A stretch of 34,814 nucleotides of DNA, taken from contig CBFHYB010000006.1 in assembly GCA_965659915.1 (NCBI GenBank), positions 1 through 34,814 of the forward strand, in the 5' to 3' direction. The translations under genes and the position numbers were made by a program. The number at the start of each line of letters is the position of its first letter. Positions within the stretch are counted from its first letter, which is position 1. The notes under the pieces are model-generated. The model did not search any database, was not told where the DNA came from, and saw nothing but the letters and a program-made list of their open reading frames with translations. This document shows, one piece after another, positions 28,634 through 34,814 of this stretch. This DNA is from Candidatus Thalassarchaeaceae archaeon. Its GTDB lineage: Archaea; Thermoplasmatota; Poseidoniia; Poseidoniales; Thalassarchaeaceae.

Positions 28634-28969
28634 ATGTCAAGAAGAGGGCGCGGTCGAAACGCAAAAGCCAGAAAATCCCGTGCAATCACTTCTCGGAATC
28701 ACCTTGAGAATCTTCTCAAAGAACCTTGGAATCAACCTGAATTATCAGTTAATTCAGCGGCTAAGGACATAATGAACTTGTCAAAGAAACATCGTTTGGG
28801 ACTTCCTGACGGAAGAAGGCCATGGATATGTCGTTCGTGTAAGTTGGCACTGAGGCCAGGAGTGAATGCTAGTGTACGGGTGCGCGGAAAGATTTGGCGA
28901 ATCACCTGTCTATCGTGTGGCGGGACTAACCGTCGGGGGCCTAGTTACCATAGGGGGGATGATAAATGA
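28634..28969 (+). CDS. rnp4: Ribonuclease P protein component 4 (Rpp21)
   Basis: Basic protein with LSKKHRLGLP, ICRSC...L.PG.NA.VR and ITCLSCG..NR; adjacent to yhbY as is typical in archaea. Confidence 0.85.
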   Translation: MSRRGRGRNAKARKSRAITSRNHLENLLKEPWNQPELSVNSAAKDIMNLSKKHRLGLPDGRRPWICRSCKLALRPGVNASVRVRGKIWRITCLSCGGTNRRGPSYHRGDDK

Positions 28970-29232
28970 ACAATAATGAAAAGAAATTGAGAAAACAAGC
29001 ACTAAATCCATCTTTAGAGGTTACAATAAGAGTCGGCAAATCTGGCTTAACAGAGTCAGTTGTTGATGAATTAGATTCTCAATTGAAGTCGCGTACGATG
29101 GTCAAGGCAAAACTAAATCGAGGTTTGGCAGATGATTCCGCCGACCGCCAAAATTTGTGGCAAATGTTGGCTGAACAAACATCATCAAAACTAATTTTGA
29201 TGCGAGGTAATATCGCAGTTTTCTATCGTTAG
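28966..29232 (+). CDS. yhbY: YhbY/CRM-domain RNA-binding protein
   Basis: LRKQA, IRVGKSGLTESVVDELDSQL, VKAK and RGNIAVFYR. ATGA overlap with rnp4 suggests translational coupling. Confidence 0.9.
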   Translation: MNNNEKKLRKQALNPSLEVTIRVGKSGLTESVVDELDSQLKSRTMVKAKLNRGLADDSADRQNLWQMLAEQTSSKLILMRGNIAVFYR

Positions 29233-29341
29233 AATCTAATTTTTAACCTTGAATTTCAGATTTTATGTTGGGTTATTTTTCGTTCTTAGTCTACTATGGG
29301 TTGGCGGAGCATTCAACAGCGAATCGGACCTCGGAGACTCA

Positions 29342-31138
29342 ATGTCAGTCATACCGCCCACTTGGCTAGAGGGTTTGCTAGCGACTCTTATTCTCTCTTT
29401 GTTGGTTGCAATCGCAATTCGCTGGGTGAGACTCCCATACACAATTGCATTGGTAATTGTCGGTCTTGTATTAGGTTGGCTTGGAGAATCGCTTTTCTCA
29501 GGTTTGGAGCCTGATGGTGGATTGCTTTCTGCTGAATTAATTCTGTTTATTCTGTTACCGCCTCTACTGTTTGAGGGGTCATCAGCGATGCATATAAACA
29601 AACTGAAACAGAATTGGAAAACCATCTCATTGCTGGCTATTCCAGGCGTGCTTCTCAATACATTGATTATTGGATTAATTTGCTGGAGATTTGTCTGGTG
29701 GGGTGAAGACAATGGGCTGCTTTACGGCCTATTGGTGGGCTCAATTTTGGCAGCGACTGACCCAGTTAGTGTGCTTGCGTTGGTGCGCTCCTTAGGCGCT
29801 CCTAAGAGGCTATCAGTTTTACTTGAAGGCGAATCACTATTCAATGACGGTACAGCGATTGTTGTGTTCAATATTATTCTATTAACAACGCTTTCAGTAA
29901 TTGCAGGACAAACCATTGACATGGGTAATGTCATTACAGATGCGATTGCATCTTTCCTTCTAGTTGTTACAATTGGCGTAGTTGCTGGTTATATTTGCGG
30001 TATGGTCGCCAATCATTTATTGCAACAAAGTGAGGATCACTTAGTTGAAATCGCCCTCACGGTTGCTCTGGCATTCGGCTCATTTTTGTTGGCAGAATCG
30101 ATGCATGGTAGCGGTGTTATTTCAGTAGTAGTTGCTGGCCTTTTAGTTGGGAATAAAGGTGTACATGAGGGTATGACGCCAACAGCAAGAGTTGGATTAC
30201 ACCACTTTTGGGAAGTTGTTTCATTCCTTGTAAACAGTATACTGTTCGTTGTGGTTGGTTATGAGTTACAATCGGTATTGGGGTGGGATATCCACACCGG
30301 TTACCTCGCATTTATCGCTATTGTTGGTGCGTTGGTGGCAAGATCAGTTGTGTTCCCATTGACTAGAATTGCAAACATTGGTGAGGATAACAAAGTCGAT
30401 GGGAGGTGGCAATTGGCAATGTGGTGGGGCGGTTTACGCGGAAGCATACCGATTGCTCTACTGCTGTTACTTTCCCATATTGTTCACGATGGACAAAAGT
30501 TGTTAATTGATGGTGAAATAGTCAATGTCCGATTTGATGAGGCGATTTACCACGATATGCTGGTACTCACTTTTAGCGTAATTTTATTCACTTTACTTGT
30601 CCAAGGATTAACCATGAAACCACTACTTACAAAGTTGGGTATTTCTGGTCGCTTGGCGGAGAGTGAGGCAAAGTATGAGTCGGCATTGGCTAGGCTAGTT
30701 GCTTCCCGTGCGGCGCTACGAAAACTATCTTCCCTCAGTACTCAAGGCATGATTAATGAAATTGATAGAGAGCGCATGGCTGCACCTTACCACGCTAGTA
30801 TAGAGAAGGCCAAAACACAGATTGATGGCTTAGCAAATACTTCCCTTGTCCATGCTAGTAGAATTGAAGCAGCAAGGCGTGACCTTATTCGGGCCGAGAT
30901 TGAAGCTTTACGCGAGGCGGAGAGGCTTGGTCAGTTGAATCCTCATGTGATTGAAAGTACGTTGAAAGGACTTGATTCTGCTCTAGCATTATCTGAATTT
31001 GCACATGAAGAAATCACCGTAGTGAAAGATTCATTATCCGAAGATTTAGAAGATATTTCTGACCTTGAAGAGTTGATTCCAGACTCTACTCAGTCTATTG
31101 TTCACGATGAAACATTGAAGGTTATTGAAGAAGAGTGA
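29342..31138 (+). CDS. CPA1-family Na+/H+ antiporter (NhaP/NhaG-like) with C-terminal cytoplasmic helical domain
   Basis: LPYTIALV, LLPPLLFE, LAATDPVSV, LEGESLFNDG, WGGLRG and LVQGLT. ATG 29342 preferred; the ORF extends to the TTG at 29249. Confidence 0.92.
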   Translation: MSVIPPTWLEGLLATLILSLLVAIAIRWVRLPYTIALVIVGLVLGWLGESLFSGLEPDGGLLSAELILFILLPPLLFEGSSAMHINKLKQNWKTISLLAIPGVLLNTLIIGLICWRFVWWGEDNGLLYGLLVGSILAATDPVSVLALVRSLGAPKRLSVLLEGESLFNDGTAIVVFNIILLTTLSVIAGQTIDMGNVITDAIASFLLVVTIGVVAGYICGMVANHLLQQSEDHLVEIALTVALAFGSFLLAESMHGSGVISVVVAGLLVGNKGVHEGMTPTARVGLHHFWEVVSFLVNSILFVVVGYELQSVLGWDIHTGYLAFIAIVGALVARSVVFPLTRIANIGEDNKVDGRWQLAMWWGGLRGSIPIALLLLLSHIVHDGQKLLIDGEIVNVRFDEAIYHDMLVLTFSVILFTLLVQGLTMKPLLTKLGISGRLAESEAKYESALARLVASRAALRKLSSLSTQGMINEIDRERMAAPYHASIEKAKTQIDGLANTSLVHASRIEAARRDLIRAEIEALREAERLGQLNPHVIESTLKGLDSALALSEFAHEEITVVKDSLSEDLEDISDLEELIPDSTQSIVHDETLKVIEEE

Positions 31139-31211
31139 GCGTTATTTTCATTGAGTTTGTTTTGATAATCTTTCGCGATGCTTTTAGATATCCTTCAACC
31201 CGAGGAGTTTC

Positions 31212-32660
31212 ATGATTGAACCTAATCATGTGGTATTGCTAGTTTTCGTTGCCTCATTTGTGCTAATTCTTTCTGAGAAATTACACCGTACGATTGCAGC
31301 ATGGTTCGGCTGTGTTTTAATGCTCTTTTTGGGTTTAACGATGAGTGTTTTCAAGAAGTGTGAAACGGTTTCAAGCGAGGCGGGAGGGCACATCTTTGCA
31401 AGATTTGGAGGCGGTGGTACCGTCGAAATCTGTCACGAATCACTTGAGGGCATGATGTTACATTGGATTCATTTCGATGTCATCGGTCTATTGTTGGGTA
31501 TGATGATTTTTGCAGCCCTGCTTGAAGTCTCAGGATTCTTTGAGTATGTGTCTGTGAAGGCCGCCAAATTGTCGGGTGGAGATCCATGGAAGTTAGTTGT
31601 CTATTTAGGGACATTTACTACCCTAATTTCTTTGGTTATCGACAATGTGACGGCGATTATTATCATCGCCCCTGTCACACTTAGAATATGTCAAAAATTG
31701 GAGATCAACCCAGTTCCTCCATTACTTGCCGAAGCCATACTTTCGGACACGGGTGGTGTAGCATCCATGGTGGGTGACCCCCCCAATGTCATGATTGCAA
31801 GCCAAGCTAGCGGTATGGATGAACTGGCCTCTTTGTTTGGATTCAATGGCTTCTTGCTTCGTTTGGGTGTTCTGACATTTTTTGCTTGGATTATAACCTT
31901 GGGATACCTTCGTTACTATTACAGAGATTGGCGTGAATCTAAGCCAGCCAACGTTGAAGCAATTTTAGAGGAAGATGAGTGGGATTGCATTGAACATCCA
32001 TTGTTGATGAAGACAACACTAGTGGTTCTAGGCGCTACAGTTGTCATGTTCTCGGCAACTGAATTTTTGCACCTACATATTGGGATTCACGCGTTGGCTC
32101 TTGCTGGTGCAGGTATTGCGTTGGTTGCAGCAAAGCCCGAAGATAATGAAGTACTGCGCCACGGATTGATACACTCTGTGAATGAGAAGGTTGAATGGCA
32201 CGCCCTACTTTTCTTTGCAGGGTTGTTTATTTTGGTTGGGGCGGTAGGAAATGTCGGATATCTTAACCTTCTTGCCAATTGGATTTTCGATAATTTCGGT
32301 TCCAATCATGTGATGCTTGCAGTTGCAATCATTTGGGTCTCAGCAATCGCAAGTGCCTTTGTTGACAACATCCCCTTCACAGCCGCGATGATTCCCGTGA
32401 TTGTGGCCATCGGTGAAGCCGATCCTACTGTTGACATGGCTCCACTATTCTGGGCACTAGCATTGGGTGCAGGATTCGGTGGAAATGCAACACCGATCGG
32501 CTCCAGTGCTAATGTCATGACCGTCTCAATTAGTGAGCGCGGTCCGAATCCAATAACAACGAAGGAATGGATGAGAGTTGGCTTCCCTGTGATGATGATT
32601 ACCTGTGCTGTGGCTACAGTTTTCATGATATTATTCCATGGGACACTCTACAGTTCCTAG
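31212..32660 (+). CDS. ArsB/NhaD (IT superfamily, P-protein-like) permease
   Basis: LLLGMMI, DNVTA, GDPPN, VEWHALLFFAGLFILV, AFVDNIPF and GGNATPIGSSAN; about 12 TM segments. Confidence 0.9.
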   Translation: MIEPNHVVLLVFVASFVLILSEKLHRTIAAWFGCVLMLFLGLTMSVFKKCETVSSEAGGHIFARFGGGGTVEICHESLEGMMLHWIHFDVIGLLLGMMIFAALLEVSGFFEYVSVKAAKLSGGDPWKLVVYLGTFTTLISLVIDNVTAIIIIAPVTLRICQKLEINPVPPLLAEAILSDTGGVASMVGDPPNVMIASQASGMDELASLFGFNGFLLRLGVLTFFAWIITLGYLRYYYRDWRESKPANVEAILEEDEWDCIEHPLLMKTTLVVLGATVVMFSATEFLHLHIGIHALALAGAGIALVAAKPEDNEVLRHGLIHSVNEKVEWHALLFFAGLFILVGAVGNVGYLNLLANWIFDNFGSNHVMLAVAIIWVSAIASAFVDNIPFTAAMIPVIVAIGEADPTVDMAPLFWALALGAGFGGNATPIGSSANVMTVSISERGPNPITTKEWMRVGFPVMMITCAVATVFMILFHGTLYSS

Positions 32661-32718
32661 GGCTTACTGACTACACCACTTGGCGGTAGCATCAAAGAGG
32701 AGCGCGCACCCACACAGC

Positions 32719-34065
32719 ATGATGCAGGAGTGCGACGCCTGCGGGCTGATTTTTGGCGGCAAAGATATCTGTCCGTCTTGTGGTAGTAGAATTTCACACA
32801 CTGCTGAAGTCTCAGATACAGATGGAAAAATGGTCCCAAGTGGTGAACTTCCGGGGCTTAATCAATTGGTTACTTCGATGGATGGTGTTGAAAAAATAGA
32901 TGTGGAAACATCCAATTCTTCTCCTCAAACATCCCTTCCATTTTCAATTGGGGGGTCAACAGGGGGGCAAACCTCGCTTCCCTTTGGGGTTGGTAGTCCA
33001 AGCAGAGGTGAAGAGGAAATTGATAATTCAAACGATGTTCCGATTACAACATCCAGTGAAGATGAATCTGAAGATCCACCTGCTGAAATGGTGGAGCAAG
33101 TTGAAACTCCTACAGAACAAATTGAATCACCTGTTGAACAAGTTGAAACTCCTGCTGAACAAGTACAGGTGGTTAAATTAGCCCAGCCAGAACAAGAAGT
33201 AATGTTGGTTGCTAGAATTTTGACTGATGATGAAGATGATGAAGATGAAGATGAAACTACAGAGGTACAAGAACCTGAAATACAGGTGTTTCAAGGTGAA
33301 TCCACATCAAGTGAAACCACGACTTATACCGCCACAGAGGGCACTGTTGAAGGTGTAGACCAGGATGTAATTCTGCATGAAGAAGATGTGGTCTATCATG
33401 ACTTTGGTGATGAAATGCAAGTTAGTGAAGTCTATGTCGATTATGACAGCTTCGTTGACCCTGCAACCACAGCGGTATCATTTGACCCAACTGTGATGGA
33501 AGGGACAGAACCTGAATTAATGCCCGCTCGTGCACTAGCAGTCACTGATCTTGGTGATTCTGGCTTACAAGAGCAGGCGCACATTGGATTTGCTGCTTTG
33601 GCTCAATCGAATTGGAAGGAGGCAGCAGATTGTTTCCGAAAAATCTGTAATTCCCAACCAAAAAATGCCGCCGCTCTCAACAATTTCGGTCTTTCATTAT
33701 TACAACAAGCACTGTTAGTCCAGGAGGAAAGACCTAGTCCGCATCCTGCAGATGAACCTCATTTTGAGGCATCGGTATTAGCACTTAGACAAGCGGCAAA
33801 AGCATCACAAAATGATGTTTCAGTGATTTGTAACCTTGCTACTGCTCTAAGTTCTTGCCATCGCCACGATACAGCACTCAAGTTCTATGATGTCGCATTA
33901 TCACTAGATCCAAATGATGTTTCTTCAATAAATGGTAAGGCCGTTTCAATGATAGGAATCCGGGATTTTGACGAGGCTACAGAATTGCTTCGGCAGGCGT
34001 CACAAATTGCCCCCGATAATGAGTTAATTTCAGGCAATCTTCACCGCATCTCACCAATGGGTTAA
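32719..34065 (+). CDS. Zinc-ribbon / acidic low-complexity / TPR protein
   Basis: N-terminal CDAC-x9-CPSC, a long Glu/Asp-rich middle, and C-terminal TPR-like helices (AALNNFGLSL, ALKFYDVALSLDPND, EATELLRQASQIAPDN). ATG at 32719. Confidence 0.8.
   Translation: MMQECDACGLIFGGKDICPSCGSRISHTAEVSDTDGKMVPSGELPGLNQLVTSMDGVEKIDVETSNSSPQTSLPFSIGGSTGGQTSLPFGVGSPSRGEEEIDNSNDVPITTSSEDESEDPPAEMVEQVETPTEQIESPVEQVETPAEQVQVVKLAQPEQEVMLVARILTDDEDDEDEDETTEVQEPEIQVFQGESTSSETTTYTATEGTVEGVDQDVILHEEDVVYHDFGDEMQVSEVYVDYDSFVDPATTAVSFDPTVMEGTEPELMPARALAVTDLGDSGLQEQAHIGFAALAQSNWKEAADCFRKICNSQPKNAAALNNFGLSLLQQALLVQEERPSPHPADEPHFEASVLALRQAAKASQNDVSVICNLATALSSCHRHDTALKFYDVALSLDPNDVSSINGKAVSMIGIRDFDEATELLRQASQIAPDNELISGNLHRISPMG
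33094..33165 (+). repeat. Degenerate 21-nt tandem repeat (~3.4 copies) encoding EQ(V/I)E(T/S)P(T/V/A)
   Basis: gagcaagttgaaactcctaca / gaacaaattgaatcacctgtt / gaacaagttgaaactcctgct / gaacaagta. Confidence 0.88.
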
Positions 34066-34145
34066 CACAACCTTGATTTATTCCGTGAAATCGCACTCTA
34101 TACCTCATTTAGTCGACCTTCAAAAAAGGCGCCTAATTCGGTGGT

Positions 34146-34170
34146 TTCATAAAGGGGAGGTAGGTCGGCG
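34146..34170 (+). promoter_or_regulatory. Putative 23S rRNA promoter: TTCATAAA followed by GGGGAGGTAGGTCGGCG
   Basis: AT box upstream of the structured rRNA leader; same downstream element as at rps15. A second AT box, TTTTATGAAA, lies near 34253. Confidence 0.5.
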
Positions 34171-34174
34171 AGAT

Positions 34175-34337
34175 GCTTACAATGCACCTTGTGATGTACA
34201 CATTACAAGGGAAGTAGATTGAGAACGCCTCGCCCTGTGGGGAAACGGGGTGTTTTATGAAATCGAGATAGATAGATTCCTGGACACCAGAGGACTCACA
34301 CAGGAAAGTGTGGAGTAAGAGAATAAAAAGCAAATTG
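34175..34337 (+). other. Structured 5' leader (external transcribed spacer) of pre-23S rRNA
   Basis: Hairpins CCTTGTGATG-TACA-CATTACAAGG (34187-34210), CGCCCTGT-GGGGAA-ACGGGGTG (34231-34252) and ACTCACAC-AGGAAA-GTGTGGAGT (~34294-34316), with G-U pairs or a bulge. Confidence 0.5.
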
Positions 34338-34814
34338 ATGCTACAACCTGACTGGGGGATGGCTCGGCTCGAGAGCTGATGAAGGTCGTGACAAGCTGCG
34401 ATAAGCTACGGGGAGGCGCATGAATGCCTTGGATCCGTAGATGGCCGAATAGGACCTCCTGGCTTTACGAAGTCATTCCCGTATTAATTTACTGGAAAGG
34501 GAACCGCCTGAATTGAAGCATCTTAGTAGGGCGAGGAACAGAAATCAAACGAGATTCCGTTAGTAGTGGCGAATGAACACGGAATAGAACAAACCGAATC
34601 CGCTTGGGAAACCTTGTGGAGATGTGGGGTATGGATCACCTATCGTCTAAATTCACGAAACAGAAGTCGATCTGGAACGACGTACCATAGAGGGTGAAAG
34701 TCCCGTATGTGTAGTGAATATGACCAAGTGGTGAATCCTGAGTAGCGTGCGTTGGATATCGCGCGTGAATGTGGGAGGCATAAACTTCCAATTCTAAATA
34801 CAACTCGAGACCGA
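34338..34814 (+). rRNA. rrl: 23S rRNA, 5' part (runs off the window), archaeal
   Basis: GGATGGCTCGGCTCGAG..CTGATGAAGG.CGTG.CAAGCTGCGATAAGC, GAA.TGAA.CATCTTAGTA, GAAATCAA..GAGATTCC..TAGTAGTGGCGA, GAGGGTGAAAGTCCCGTA and CTAAATAC...GAGACCGA are 23S domain I conserved blocks. The 5' end is approximate. Confidence 0.96.

Noticed and set aside
34133-34333. 66-aa minus-strand ORF, or SRP/RNase P RNA, in the rRNA leader
   Set aside because: The ORF overlaps the promoter/leader and has no motifs. The SRP helix-8 and RNase P P4 signature sequences were not found.

Overview
The window is a gene-dense, roughly 40-45% GC (visual estimate) archaeal chromosomal segment. Gene content and style point to Marine Group II Euryarchaeota (Ca. 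Poseidoniales, Thermoplasmatota); this is an inference from the archaeal-type uS15, GluRS, PheT, type II GAPDH, Rpp21 and ArcS, the bacterial-type DnaJ and Adk, several very large membrane-anchored secreted proteins, and a 23S rRNA gene with no 16S upstream. It holds about 25 CDSs, mostly housekeeping, plus the 5' ~475 nt of a 23S rRNA gene. I see no CRISPR array, tRNA, transposase, integrase or defence system, and no clear-cut novel multi-gene system. The best leads are: (1) a near-identical GGGGAG(G)TAGGTCGGCG element directly after the TATA-like box of both rps15 and the 23S gene; (2) a truncated GAN/Cdc45(RecJ)-like protein lacking its DHH catalytic motifs; (3) a GXGXG plus degenerate FMN-barrel glutamate-synthase-like fusion with no Fe-S motif; (4) a pyroglutamyl-peptidase/MutT fusion with both active sites intact; (5) a set of receptor-like membrane proteins with cytoplasmic Zn-ribbon, polyproline or globular tails.
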